Made by a program: the position numbers and the translations under genes. This document shows, piece after piece, positions 32,947-44,593 of a stretch of DNA of 64,000 nucleotides (its first letter is position 1; each line of letters starts with the position of its first letter). The notes under the pieces were generated by a model that worked only from the letters and a program-made list of their open reading frames with translations, was not told where the DNA came from and did not search any database. Where the stretch lies: the NCBI GenBank assembly GCA_000091205.1, contig AP006491.2, one strand, 5' to 3'. Source of the stretch: Cyanidioschyzon merolae (taxonomy: Eukaryota).

Positions 32947-33258
32947 ATGCAGGACAACGAGGAACTCCATACGAGCACAGAACAAGTGGATTCAGGGGCT
33001 GCACTCGGGCCGTTCCAGACACCCGAAGGAGAGACGTACTGGAGGTTAGGCGATCCGCGGAGCTTACGTCGGGTCATGGTGCGCAAGTACCGCGGCCAGG
33101 TACTCGTCGACATTCGAGAGTACTATCGCGACGCCAAAACCGGAGAGGAGCTGCCTGGACGCAAGGGTATTTCTTTAACGATGAAGCAGTTTCGATCGCT
33201 GCAGACGTTGTTGCCCGATATTGAAGTTGCCCTACAGCAGGTGAGTCGGAACGACTAG
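32947..33258 (+). CDS. PC4: PC4/Sub1-type RNA polymerase II transcriptional coactivator (ssDNA-binding)
   Basis: The sequence 'WRLGDPRSLRRVMVRKYRGQVLVDIREYYRDAKTGEELPGRKGISLTMKQFRSLQTLLPDIEVAL' matches the PC4 C-terminal domain consensus ('...VSVRDFKGKVLIDIREYW.D..GE.KPGRKGISL...QW..L...I..ID.A'). Confidence 0.75.
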   Translation: MQDNEELHTSTEQVDSGAALGPFQTPEGETYWRLGDPRSLRRVMVRKYRGQVLVDIREYYRDAKTGEELPGRKGISLTMKQFRSLQTLLPDIEVALQQVSRND

Positions 33259-34354
33259 CGTTGCTCTGTGGTTTGCGCGCGGCCTTGTTCACGGCGTCTT
33301 GGGCACGAGCCTTGTGCTGAAAAACACAAGGCAGCACTCGAAAACGCAAACCGTCACGTGTAAACAAAGTGCACGAAACACAGGAGCGGCGTGAGGGACG
33401 TGAACCTCCGACCGACACGGCGTATGCGTCGTGTGCATAGGACGGTGGCTTCGGGTTTCTCGCTCGCGCACTGCATACGACTTGGCACTGGCTTCCATGG
33501 TGCAACGTGCAAGCGATGGATCGGCCAAGGAGCGCCTGAAGACGCGTGCCGTCCATAGGGACAAACGTATCGATTCGAGTCAAGTGGCCGAGAAGCGCCG
33601 CCCTGCAGCCGTTCGGGAGCGCCGGAACCCCACCGACCCTGGACCTCTGCTCGAACAGGCGTTGCGACGGGAGACGCACTTGGAGGCGTTACGCGCTTGC
33701 TCACACACAGCGCAGTTGACGGGGTATCGGCTAGCAGGTTCGGCAGGCAATGTAGTGTTCGGGACGTCACCATATGTGCACGCTTCACGGAGGATGCGAT
33801 TTGGTTTGGCGGAAGTAGAGCCAGCTCCGAGTCGCTTCCGTTGCATATTGAAAAAGCCGCGTAGCTACTGTCGCAACATTCGGCTTGACCCGTTCGTAAG
33901 CGATAGGGAACTATTGTCGGCGCTCAGGTACCGGACTAGGCTGCGTAACGCTCGTCCACCGGGGCCGGCTCGTTCAGCCAATGCTCGTTCGCAAATGCTC
34001 GCTACTAGCAGACGCCATACGCTCCGTAATAGAGATTGGTGGCCAAATGGCTCTCCCTACTGGCATGCATTCGACCATAATGAACATGTTGCTGGTAAAA
34101 ATTCGAACCAGGTGCGGCACCGGTTTCGTCGCTAGCTGCCTCTGAGCTTCATAGATGTGCACCAGGACGCATCCAGTGCAAGCGACAGGCGCCCCGTATC
34201 CCGCACGATCCTCTCTTTGCGCACTGCGTGACGCTGGGTTACAGCACGAAACGTCGGGGTCGCACTAGCGACCCAGCCACGGTGCCGAGCAACTGGTGCA
34301 CAGACTCGTCAACGAAAAGGTACACCTGGCGACGACGTCTCGTCCGGCCATGAC

Positions 34355-36505
34355 TCACACCGGCAGCGCAGAGTCTGCTGCGGTCTCGTCTCGCTTCACT
34401 TTACGACGGAGCAGGGCCGCGGCACGTCCATGGCATCGTGAAACGAGACGATTAAGGGTGGAGACGCAGCCACAGAGTCCGTGGCGGGTCCACCATCCAC
34501 ACTGGGAGAGTACGGCTGCTCGAATCTGCGCATCCGTCAGATAAGAGTAACGCTCGTAGTTCACACTCTCATTGGTTGTGAGGTCGGCACAAAAGTAGAA
34601 GTAAACCTGTTGCGCAGCCAGCGGAAACACCAGCAAAGGGAACACCACATGACACACCAGCAGGAGCAGCGTCTGCGGCATTGTCCGCACAAGCCCGCCA
34701 AACCCCAATTGGTACACGCTCCACGCATAGGCCGGATCGAAAAACACAGCACGGACCAACAAGGACGTGTAAGAAGTCTCAAGCCATAGCAGCGACCAGA
34801 GCCACACCAGAAACGCTCGATGGTTCGACGCCCCAATGGTATTATTCATCCATGGACAGTAGTGATCGTAGCGAGCGATGCACTGATCCAGCACAATACA
34901 GTGCTTCGCCCGCGGCGGTCGGACGTTCAAACACGAAAAGCAAAAGTAGCGCTCAATAAGCCTCGGTTCTGTAAGGATATCAAACATGCCCAGCACCAGC
35001 GCCCGGGCGTACGCGTCGCTGCCGGGCGAGAGTGTCTGCACCAGCGTGGCTAACTGCTCGACCGCACCTGCTTTCCGCTCCGAAGGCGGTATCGCCCGGA
35101 CAAGCGTCAGTGGCGAGATGCTGGCCAGCGACCCCGGATCCCTATACGTGGTCGAGACCGAAGCGAGCGCGTTCACCACCAGCATGAGGTTCAGTAACCA
35201 GAAGCTCCTCGAGTGGAACCCGCCGTAGTAGCGCCATAACCATCTGTAGAGGACGCTCGTCGACGCGATCATTAGATAGTAGTAGAAATAAACGAGTCCG
35301 TGCAGGTACAACCCATAGCGTCCGTAGATCACAATTTCACGTAGACCCTGGAGCCAGGGACGTAACGCAGGAACGCGCTCACTAGCCAGCGTCACGAGGC
35401 GCTGCCCCAGCGCCAGCACACGTCGTTGCCAGCCAGAGCGGCTCGACGCCTGCTCCGAGTGCAGGTCACGAGTGAGTGCTCGCGCTGCGACTGCTGAGAA
35501 GAGGTCTGGCTCTTGGCCTAGACGCAGCCACGCTTCCACGTATTCGCTAAGGCGCACGTGGCCACGGTCACGAGCCAGTTCATGGGGCAGTACACCGGTG
35601 CGGCTGCGAATTCCGGGCGAGGCACCACGCCGCATGAGTGCTCGCGTGATACGAAAGTTGTTTCGTTGCAGCGCTCTGTGTAATGGAGTCATGCCACTTG
35701 CATCCACTGCGTTCGGATCCGACCCGTGCACCACCAGCAGGTACTGCACCAAGTTGAGGTGTTCGCGGTACGCAGCCCAGTGCAGCAGCGTGTGCTGCTC
35801 GCGGTCTCGGATGGCGTCCAGCGAACGCTGTTTCCAGGAAAGCGCGCCACGTCCTGAGCCAGCGTTTGCTATCGCGCTAGCGTTGGACGAATCCTCATCG
35901 GAGTCCGCTCTTGATGCATCGTAGATCGCAGCGAACCAGTGCACCAGGTCCAGGAAGCCGTACTGGGTAGCGTGCACGATGGGTGCGTAGCCCCGAGCGT
36001 CCGTGGCGACCGGGTCGGCGCCTGCAGCCACCAGCAACTGCGCAGCGGAAACGTGTCCGCCAACTGCCGCCCACATGAGTGGCGTCTGGCCCCGCTGGTC
36101 GTCTCCACGGGAGCGTGCATCGACCTCGGCGCCTGCGTCGAGCAGGAGCTGTGCGGTCTGGCACCTTCCCTCGAGCGCAGCCCAGTGCAGCGCGGTGTGG
36201 CCGTCTCGATCACGGTGCTCGCGTAGCAGCCACAGTGGACGCTTGCTCACCAGTTCCAGTAGACTTGTGTTTTCAATCGATGACGAAACGAGAAGCGGTG
36301 GTCTGGAGCAGGTCTCAGCACCTACCGCTGGCCCAGCAGCGACCGCTGCTTCAGAGCTCACCGCCAGCGAGGCTGGTGTTCGAGCAAGCAGCGCCCGCGC
36401 CTGCAGTCGCAACTGCTCGATAACCGAAACGACAGCGAGTTCATTGCCACTGCGTACAGAACGGCTTAACTCGTCCAAATATGGCTCTAGGCAATACGAT
36501 AGCAT
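34355..36505 (-). CDS. ankyrin-repeat DHHC-type palmitoyltransferase (Akr1/ZDHHC17-like; DHYC variant)
   Basis: N-terminal ankyrin repeats are present ('GHTALHWAALEGRCQTAQLLLDAGAEVDARS...GQTPLMWAAVGGHVSAAQLLVAAGADP...'). The DHHC-CRD reads 'CFSCLNVRPPRAKHCIVLDQCIARYDHYCPWMNNTIGASNHRAF' (DHYC as in yeast Akr1) and is flanked by TM helices. The track start at 36826 is GTG and lies in a (cacg)n stretch. In-frame ATGs sit at 36796 and at 36505 ('MLSYCLEPYLDEL'); I used the latter. Confidence 0.8.
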   Translation of the reverse strand: MLSYCLEPYLDELSRSVRSGNELAVVSVIEQLRLQARALLARTPASLAVSSEAAVAAGPAVGAETCSRPPLLVSSSIENTSLLELVSKRPLWLLREHRDRDGHTALHWAALEGRCQTAQLLLDAGAEVDARSRGDDQRGQTPLMWAAVGGHVSAAQLLVAAGADPVATDARGYAPIVHATQYGFLDLVHWFAAIYDASRADSDEDSSNASAIANAGSGRGALSWKQRSLDAIRDREQHTLLHWAAYREHLNLVQYLLVVHGSDPNAVDASGMTPLHRALQRNNFRITRALMRRGASPGIRSRTGVLPHELARDRGHVRLSEYVEAWLRLGQEPDLFSAVAARALTRDLHSEQASSRSGWQRRVLALGQRLVTLASERVPALRPWLQGLREIVIYGRYGLYLHGLVYFYYYLMIASTSVLYRWLWRYYGGFHSRSFWLLNLMLVVNALASVSTTYRDPGSLASISPLTLVRAIPPSERKAGAVEQLATLVQTLSPGSDAYARALVLGMFDILTEPRLIERYFCFSCLNVRPPRAKHCIVLDQCIARYDHYCPWMNNTIGASNHRAFLVWLWSLLWLETSYTSLLVRAVFFDPAYAWSVYQLGFGGLVRTMPQTLLLLVCHVVFPLLVFPLAAQQVYFYFCADLTTNESVNYERYSYLTDAQIRAAVLSQCGWWTRHGLCGCVSTLNRLVSRCHGRAAALLRRKVKRDETAADSALPV

Positions 36506-37181
36506 AGCAACGGGCACTCTGCTACAGCAGAGCAGGTCATGGCATCTGCAGGGCGCGGTGGTATTTCGGAGAGCGGTGAGCGCACGCGCCGCAGCGCCGC
36601 TGCGTCCTCGACGGCTGCTCAGGGCGCTTAGTCGGAGGCGACTTTGGCCTGCCTGCCTGCCTGTGTCTCGTAAGTCGTGTGCTTGGCGGTAGATACGTTT
36701 GGATTCTTGAATTGATGCGTATGTATGGGTACAGTTGTATTTGATGGTATAGGCGTAGATGATCAGGCACACGTGGCTGTAGATGCGTCCGTGCATCCGT
36801 GTATCCCAGTGCACGCACGCACGCACGCACGCACGCTAACCATTCAGCTGCGGTAGCTGGGCGCCGCAACGTGCCTGGAACGACGCTGGCGACGACCTCG
36901 TTCGTTTCCAGACAAAACACCGTAACGCATCGTGAAGACGACGTTGACACAGCAGAACAGCGCTGCACGACCGAGGCTCGCGGCAAACAGGGACGTGATC
37001 ACGCGACTGGAGCTCGCATGCTCAGCTCGTGGCAAAGCTGGGCTGCGTTGCTACCAACAGCAAAGAAGGGTGCTATGTGGGCGCTGTGGACAGCGAGCGC
37101 ACGCTTTGACTCTTCAACAGAGACGAAGTTTAGGTCTGGACGGGAGGCCTGAGCGCCACAGCGGAGCGCAGCGGTCTCGAC

Positions 37182-38243
37182 TTAGAACAGGTTCGCGACA
37201 CCGAGATATCGTTTGGATACGTAGCGCCTACGTACTGCTGTGAGGCTGGAGCGCTTGCTGCTCTGCAGCAGCTCCGTGACCAGGTCAATGCAGTCGACGA
37301 GGTTGCTCTCCTGATAGCCGGTGTGGGCGTAGAGGGTTTCGTCCCATTCACGCTGCGCGATCAGCCGCCGGGAAACCAGGGCGCATGACGCGGCAACCAT
37401 ACTGGGGGCGTGCCGTAGCGTCCGATAGTCGACGAGGCACAGTTCGAGGCAAAACTTTGCAAAATACTGTTCACGCTCAGAAGCGCCGGCGACCTTGAGC
37501 CAGCGCTCGAGAAATTTGAGGGCAGACGGTATCGTCAGATCGAATTTGAGAACATTCAGCATGACGGCCTCCATATGGAGGATTTCTTCACGTTCGTAGG
37601 CACGATCGGAAATGTAGACAAAGTCACGTACCTCGGGCGCGTATATTTCCTCGTACTTGCTTGCGATGAGCATAGCGGTAACGCCGACGAGTTGCAGTTT
37701 CTGCCGAGCGACCGCGCACTCGCTGAGAAATCGGTCGATGATATTCACCGTCAGGTAGAGTACTTCGGGAACCAGGCGAAAGCGCTCGTGCACGTCAACA
37801 AGCCAATCGATGAGGATCGCTCGCATTCGCTCGTTGATGTCTCGCTGTAAAGACATGTAATTCGGGTTTGGCATCCATTTGATTTCGCAATGCCGATAGT
37901 ACGTATAGATGTCGTTGACCAGAAAAGAGACTGCCAGGTGATTTTCCCGATCCGGGGAGTCGACGTGCCGCACGCAACTGTAGTCGATAGGTCTCACCAC
38001 TCCGGTGAATGCAGGTAGCTGCCGCGGGAGCAGCGCTTGCAAGAGCATCTCGTTTGAGAGGGCACTCGATTCGCACTCGGCTGCTGCGAGCGCCTCTGGC
38101 ACCTGGGCAGCGTGCGTTGCCAGCGTACCACGGCCGCTGAGGGCGCTGCTGCCCTCGCTCCCGGCAACACTGGAACTCACATCTTGTCGGACTGTATTGG
38201 AGATATTTCCAAGAATTCTTCGACTCCGCCGAATGGGTTCCAT
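37182..38243 (-). CDS. B-type (mitotic) cyclin
   Basis: The cyclin box reads 'MRAILIDWLVDVHERFRLVPEVLYLTVNIIDRFL...LQLVGVTAMLIASKYEEIYAPEVRDFVYISDRAYEREEILHMEAVMLNVLKFDL'. A second cyclin fold follows. The ORF has an ATG start. Confidence 0.88.
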   Translation of the reverse strand: MEPIRRSRRILGNISNTVRQDVSSSVAGSEGSSALSGRGTLATHAAQVPEALAAAECESSALSNEMLLQALLPRQLPAFTGVVRPIDYSCVRHVDSPDRENHLAVSFLVNDIYTYYRHCEIKWMPNPNYMSLQRDINERMRAILIDWLVDVHERFRLVPEVLYLTVNIIDRFLSECAVARQKLQLVGVTAMLIASKYEEIYAPEVRDFVYISDRAYEREEILHMEAVMLNVLKFDLTIPSALKFLERWLKVAGASEREQYFAKFCLELCLVDYRTLRHAPSMVAASCALVSRRLIAQREWDETLYAHTGYQESNLVDCIDLVTELLQSSKRSSLTAVRRRYVSKRYLGVANLF

Positions 38244-41200
38244 AGCGGGCAGCCTGACACGTCAACGCAGCCGTTAGGCACCAAACTGGTGGACGCTTCC
38301 CCCTGTTGCCAATACGTAACCGCTGCCGAGTTGCCCCTGCGTTTGTTCGTCAGTGCCCGCGTAGGTCCTCGCGTGCTACAGCTATAAAGCAAGCTGTCCC
38401 TCGTCTAGTTGCACAAAAATCAGGCCCTGCTCTGCACTACGCTTGCACTGTTTCTTGAAACACCCAATGCGATCTACTTGACCGTTTCCGACGCTGCGAA
38501 ACGCGAGCAAAGCGAATCCCCGAGTTGAACGTTCTGCTGATCACAACCGTAGCCCAGCCACTGAACTGGCGTATGCAAAGCAGTTAAAGGTCGTTCGTAG
38601 GTCTCGTCCCGCCTGAACACTGGTCCAGCTGGCTGGATACCCGGAAGCCGCGCAACGAGCGTCGCCCCACAAGCGGCAGCCGAAACGCTCTGCCAGCGCG
38701 ACCGGGCAGCGAACACTGCGCACAGCGGGATTTCAAATCGCGAGCGCATCATTCGAACTGGCCCGATGGATGGGATCGATGCGGCGGCTGCGGCTGCGGC
38801 GGCGGCTGCGGCGGCCTCCATGAACGTCGATTCGGCAACGGCAGCTGCGGGCGCCAGCATCGACGATTCGGCAACGCCTGCGCTGGGCGGCGCAGCGCGG
38901 CAGCAAGCGAGCGCAGGGACGACGCCTGTCTACCAGCTGACAAGGCAACACTGGACTGATCGATAGGTTCCTGATTTCATATTTTTCAAGGGTTTTGATA
39001 AGTGTATAGTGTCTGCGTTCCAAGTGCAGCGATCAAGGGCGGACGGAGAGAGAAGCAGTTTCCGGATTCTCGAATGTCTTTACGTGGTAGCTGGTTCGAA
39101 TCTTTTTCAGCTCGGACACGCTTTACGTGACGGGAAGGAACTTGTGATCGTAGGGTAGGATAGACTGGGCGTGGAAACCGAAGACGACATCCATAGGAGC
39201 CCTGTGTACTGATTAAAGGCAACCACCGAGCGGTGAAAGGTGCAACGCTGGTGCAAAGGGCGCAAAGAGGGACTTTTGCACAGGAGACGACAGGCGCAAC
39301 AAAAGCGTAGATCGGAACTGCGCTTCAGGCGTCAGACTCATTGACACCAGCCGTGAGCAGCGACATCGGGACTTGAATGCAGTCATGAGTCTCTTTGGAC
39401 TGTGCACTGTGGAGCTGCGTGCACGGAGAGACCGGCGCGTTGAAAGCCTGAGCCACCCGAGGAGCAAGGGAAGCAGTCGCAGCAAATGCCCGCAAAGACC
39501 TGCGTCGATAACCGAGGGTGGTCACCTCAACTCTAGAGTGCTATCTCGGTTGGCCAACATGAGCCCGTTCGATTGCGTTCTAACGTGGGTATCGAGGGGA
39601 ACGCACGCAAGAAATGACGCGTATCTTCGAGCGGGAGTATCGGTAGTGACGGGTTCGTCGTGGACGTCTCCAACGTCCGAAATGCCCAGAATCTCCCAGA
39701 GCAAGTACGCATGGTAGCTTGCGGAACCTGGAAACAAGGCGTGGAATGCTGGACGCTTTTCCAGTCGCTGATATCCATTGCCCAAGCGGGCGCCCCGTCT
39801 ACAGATACGGTCCGTCGATCGAAACCGCGGGGCATTGTGAATGTTCGCACGCTATCTTGACTCCAGTTCGGCAGCGTCGTAGGCGTGCGCTGAGCGCGTG
39901 ACGTCGCTTCTGGAGCACCGCTCCGTCGACGGCACGCTTCACGATGCCGCGTTTGTCAGCGGTTGCGTAGCCGAGCCCCGAGCGAACGTCTGCAAGGCCA
40001 TGTCAAGGCCGCCACGACCTATGCGACGTCCACGGCGTTGCATCGAGTGCAGCGGCAAGCACCGACACCGAGCCTGGTACCGCGGGTGTCCCTGGCATGA
40101 TGGAGCATCCGCTCTGGATGAGAGCCGTGTCCCTACGGGTGCCGGGGCGCGAACTTGTTCACAGATCAAGCGAGGTTCATGACTTTGTGACTTGCATCAA
40201 GCTCGCGTTCATGGGAGCCCAGTGAGACCCATCGAATATACATTGTAAAAAATACGTAATCACCCACGCACGGCAGCGGATACGCAGTCGACGCTCATGA
40301 ATTATGTGTCGCGCTGCTTGTACCCGGCTCTGAGCCCGCGTCTCGCGCACAGGCTACAGTACCACTACTACTGGAACTACCACCACCACCAGCAGCAGCA
40401 GCAGCAGCAGCAGCGTGCACGGTGACGGCGCGTGAACCAGGACAGTGTCCGCAGAAGCGATATGGTGAAGCTCCTGAGTCCACGAATCGCACTGGATTCC
40501 CGCACATGCACAAACACCGCGGGTTTGCCGCCGCAAGTACTCCACATCCTCGCGTGGACGCCTCCGGTCCAATACGCCGTGTGTAAATGCTCGCAAGGAG
40601 CGTTCGCGGATGCGTGCAGGTGCACATTCAGCAACAGCACATCCGATCACAGAAAAAAACTTGGAGGTAGGCTTTTGAATGATGGATGTTTTTCTGAATA
40701 CCCATAGCCATCGCACAATCATCGCTGCCTGGTCTCTGTGTCAACGCTCTGTCGATCAGAAGAAAAAAGCCCGACACTTCCGCGCCCAGATGTTCTGCCA
40801 GATCGTTTCCGAAACGAACCCGAGAGATGTCATACACACAAACACGGGGCTGCAGCTTCGCGTCGGACTCGGTTCCGTTCAGAGCCGACACGATACACCC
40901 GCTCTGAGTCGGAAACACATCGTCGTGGGCCGCGTTCCTCGCAGAACGATCGATCAGGATGCAGCACCAGAATCTTTCGAGCATACTTTAGCTCCGTAAA
41001 CAGGCGGCTTTGCATGCAAACCCACATGATGACCAGTTTCATCCGAGATCGGGTGTAGAGCAGGCGAGCGCGACGATTCACCCCAAACCGGCACGGAAAC
41101 AGGTATGGATTTGTGCGCGAATAGCATTCCATAGTGCACGCTTTTGCCAGGCGGGTAACCAGGGCACACGGGGCATCGCGACGCGAGTCATCCGACGATG

Positions 41201-41266
41201 AAACCATCGGAACATTTGATGACGGGTACACAGCGTACTCTTCGTTTCCCTGCAGGAGAGATGTGC

Positions 41267-44200
41267 TCACGAGGTGTCCTGAAGAAAGGCTCTCGCATGG
41301 AACTCGGCTCGCTGGATAACGTCCTCTGGGATGCCGGCGAGGCGAGCACACTCGATTCCTCGCGAATGCGCTGCGACCCCGGGTCGCAACCTATAGAGAA
41401 ATGCGATTTCGTGGGCGTTGGTATCGACGCGGGCGCCCATGTGGGCAAAGACAACGGAAACGGCATCATCGTCATCATCACCACTACGATGATGATGATG
41501 ATGATGCGCTGGGCGGAGCAGCGGCTCTGTCGCCAACATATGGTAGTGAGTCGCGAACAGGGTCAGACAGCGAGTCCGAAATGTCAGATACCACAGCGCT
41601 GAGTACGCAATAGCGTATCCGTCGAAAGTGGAGGTACCCCGTCCCAGTTCATCGAGAACGACTAGCGAGCGATTCGTTGCATGGCTGAGCACTTCAGCGG
41701 CTTCGAGCATCTCCACCATGAACGTGGACTGCGCGCGCATGACGCGATCGCGAGCCCCGATTCGCGTGAATAGTCGGTCGACGGGCACCCGTATGTATGC
41801 ACTGCTCGCTGGCACATAGCATCCCATTTGTGCCAGAATGACTGCAATAGAGACCTGGCGTAGCAGTGCCGACTTGCCAGACATATTCGGACCCGTAAGC
41901 ACCATGGACGGATGTTTCGCTGCATCCAGTTCGAAGTCATTCGGTACGAATTGAGAAGGACCGCGGCGCAGGGCAAGGATCGGATGCCACAGCTCCTTGA
42001 AGCAAAGCGCTGCGGCGACATCCTCGTGGGATGCGGCACGATCCAGCGGCTCTGCAAACACTGGGCGGGTCATCGGCAGCCCTGCCGCTCCCTCAAAGCT
42101 TACGTTCGCGAGCGAGGTTAGCGCGTCGAATTCACCGAGCATCCGAGCGACGCTCAGCCACAACGAGTAAGATGCATCGAATTGCTCGAACACGGTACGG
42201 GCGAATTGCGCCTCTGCCGTTTCAATGTCTTCTTCGACACGATTCAGGGCCGTCAGCAGGCTCCGGATGGTCGGCGTCCAGTAGCGGCGGTGTTGCTTCG
42301 TTTGCGACATGAGCACGAAATCGTCGGGAATATTTCTGACATCAGCAGGGAGCTCGATCTGATAGCGCTCTTGGACGCGATGGTAGAAACGTACGGGCAC
42401 GCGGCCCAGGCGGTGACGCACTTTTGCGAGCTCCTCTTCGAGCTCCCTTTCTATGCGTTCTTTTTCGCAACGCGCTGTTGCCAGCAACGAATGAGAGTCC
42501 GTGCGAGGTCGAAGGACGCCAGTGTGGCGAGCAGCGTCCGCGTCGAAAACTTGCCCATCGAGAAACGCCCCAAGCGTAGCCTCAATGCGGGCAAGCGGCA
42601 CGGCGCCGTCGCTGAGCAGCCACCGAAGGCGTCTCGAGCGCCTGTGCGACTCGGGCGCTTGCGCTGCGATTGCCCGGATTCGTCCCACAAGTTCGACTGC
42701 GGTCGCAAGCCCGTCGAGGATGCGAAGAAAGTCGCGCACCTTGCGTTGATTTGTGTCATCAAACATGACAGCGCCATGTCGGTCTACAGCGAGCGCGTGG
42801 ATACGAACGAGGCTCCGTTCAATATCCGGCAGGCTCCGCAGACAGGAGAAGAGATGCTGCTGGTGTTGCTCCTCTGCGGATTCCATCTCGTTAGCCCCTG
42901 ATAGACTGGTGAGCATCTGGTGGATGTCCTCGATTGCATCCAGACGATCGCAAATGCGTGCGACATCGCGGAACGGATGACATAACCACCGGCGGAGGTA
43001 GCGCCGACCCATGTTGGTCGCGCAGCGATCCAGAAATCCAAAGACAGAGCCGTCCTTATTGAAGTCAGCACTAGTGCGGAACAACTCGAGACCTTCCATC
43101 GCGGCTGCATCTAGCTCAAGGCGCTCATACAGCTCCGTGGGCGCCATGTCATGCAGAGAGTAAAAGTTCCCCAAAGGAAATACCTGATCTGCGATAAGCA
43201 GCTCATCTAGAAAGCTGGCAGCGCCTTGGCAAGCACGTAGCGCGAGCACATCGCTGCAAATTGCTGATAACTTTGCGACGAGCGACGCATTCGGGGGCAC
43301 GTCCCGAAGCGTGCGCCGATGAACTTGGACGTCCGGCGCCGCGCAGCTTCGCACGAGAAATTCAAGGCGCTCGGATGAAAAATCGAGAATGACTTCGCGA
43401 GGACGGACGCGAACCAGCAGTGCTTCAAGTTCGGTGAATCGCTCGCGGCTCGTATGCAAGACCCCGAGATGCACGGCTGCCGTTGCCACGCACAGGTAGC
43501 ATATGCCAAGTGGAATGGTCTCCGTACCCGGGACACGATCGCCTTCAACCACGATCATGAGGTAGCGCGGTTCCTCGAAGACGTCGTCACCCGCTTCATC
43601 TACGACAGTTCCCTTGGTGAGAATCTTCACCAGCCGGCGGTCGCAAACTTTGTTCGAATTCGCCTTGGCGGCCAGCACAGACTCGACCTGCTCTACGCGC
43701 CCGACACGATAGCCTGCGTCTACGAGACGGATCGCGTGCCGGTAGAATGCACTTTCGGGAACGCCGACACAGCGCATATCAGCGCGCCCGATGCTGGTGT
43801 AGTTCAGCTGGAGAACCCGGTGACCAATATCGGCATCAATGTCGTAACACTCGTAAAACTTTCCTTTTTTGAAGAGCAGAACCGTGTCGTAGTAGTTGCG
43901 CTTGATTTTCCAGAACTGGAGCTGGAAAGGCGTCATTTTTCGTTCTGCCTCGGGTGGCACAAATACCGTTGAGGGATCGTAGTGAGGGTCTGTAGGGCTT
44001 CGGCCTGCCGAGTCACGGACATGGACACTCCAGGGGTGCTGTGCAGACCATTCATCGACCGCGGCGCTGCCGTTAGCACTCCACTTGACATGGGTTTGCG
44101 GGCCATGCGTCCGTTTCGGCGTCGCGCTTTCACTCAAAAGCCCACGAGCCTCTATATTCACGACACAACGAGCCGGCTCCGGGCCGCTTTCGAGCTCCGC

Positions 44201-44593
44201 AGCAGCTGCTCTACTGCACCACGGCACGAGCCGTGAGCTTCCTGCACCGCTGAGCGGACTCGCTGCGCGCGGTTCCTCGCCGACGGTCAGGCGAGGGCGC
44301 TTTCGACTGCCATAGTCGGAGGCGGGCGTCACAAATGACGGTGGTGAGTCCTCACTTGCCCCAAGACGCAACCACCCACGGTCCGATGGTCCCAGCGGAG
44401 TTGCCAGAAACGTGTGTTCGCCAACTCTGTTGCAGGAGTCTTGGTGCGCTTCACCAGCGCCGGATGCTAGAACGCCGCTCTTCACGCTTTGTGTTCGCGC
44501 TGCAGTGCCAGTCTCCTCTTCCCTGTCCGCCTTGGACGACTCTGAACGACGTACGAAGTACCCTAACAGAGATGATTGTTGTATCGACTTCAT
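41267..44593 (-). CDS. MutS homolog, DNA mismatch repair (MSH6-like)
   Basis: Mismatch-binding domain I carries 'KGKFYECYDIDADIGHRVL'. The Walker A motif is 'LTGPNMSGKSALLRQV' and the Walker B region is 'SLVVLDELGRGTSTFDGYAIAYSAL'. The long N-terminal region and the 1108-aa length favour the MSH6/7 class, although no PWWP domain is seen. Confidence 0.8.
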   Translation of the reverse strand: MKSIQQSSLLGYFVRRSESSKADREEETGTAARTQSVKSGVLASGAGEAHQDSCNRVGEHTFLATPLGPSDRGWLRLGASEDSPPSFVTPASDYGSRKRPRLTVGEEPRAASPLSGAGSSRLVPWCSRAAAAELESGPEPARCVVNIEARGLLSESATPKRTHGPQTHVKWSANGSAAVDEWSAQHPWSVHVRDSAGRSPTDPHYDPSTVFVPPEAERKMTPFQLQFWKIKRNYYDTVLLFKKGKFYECYDIDADIGHRVLQLNYTSIGRADMRCVGVPESAFYRHAIRLVDAGYRVGRVEQVESVLAAKANSNKVCDRRLVKILTKGTVVDEAGDDVFEEPRYLMIVVEGDRVPGTETIPLGICYLCVATAAVHLGVLHTSRERFTELEALLVRVRPREVILDFSSERLEFLVRSCAAPDVQVHRRTLRDVPPNASLVAKLSAICSDVLALRACQGAASFLDELLIADQVFPLGNFYSLHDMAPTELYERLELDAAAMEGLELFRTSADFNKDGSVFGFLDRCATNMGRRYLRRWLCHPFRDVARICDRLDAIEDIHQMLTSLSGANEMESAEEQHQQHLFSCLRSLPDIERSLVRIHALAVDRHGAVMFDDTNQRKVRDFLRILDGLATAVELVGRIRAIAAQAPESHRRSRRLRWLLSDGAVPLARIEATLGAFLDGQVFDADAARHTGVLRPRTDSHSLLATARCEKERIERELEEELAKVRHRLGRVPVRFYHRVQERYQIELPADVRNIPDDFVLMSQTKQHRRYWTPTIRSLLTALNRVEEDIETAEAQFARTVFEQFDASYSLWLSVARMLGEFDALTSLANVSFEGAAGLPMTRPVFAEPLDRAASHEDVAAALCFKELWHPILALRRGPSQFVPNDFELDAAKHPSMVLTGPNMSGKSALLRQVSIAVILAQMGCYVPASSAYIRVPVDRLFTRIGARDRVMRAQSTFMVEMLEAAEVLSHATNRSLVVLDELGRGTSTFDGYAIAYSALWYLTFRTRCLTLFATHYHMLATEPLLRPAHHHHHHRSGDDDDDAVSVVFAHMGARVDTNAHEIAFLYRLRPGVAAHSRGIECARLAGIPEDVIQRAEFHARAFLQDTS

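Noticed and set aside
39080-39110. tRNA-like T-arm motif 'ggttcgaatc'.
   Set aside because: There is no complementary stem 3' of the loop ('tttttcagc' follows). No acceptor, D-arm or anticodon arm could be built, so it is not a tRNA.
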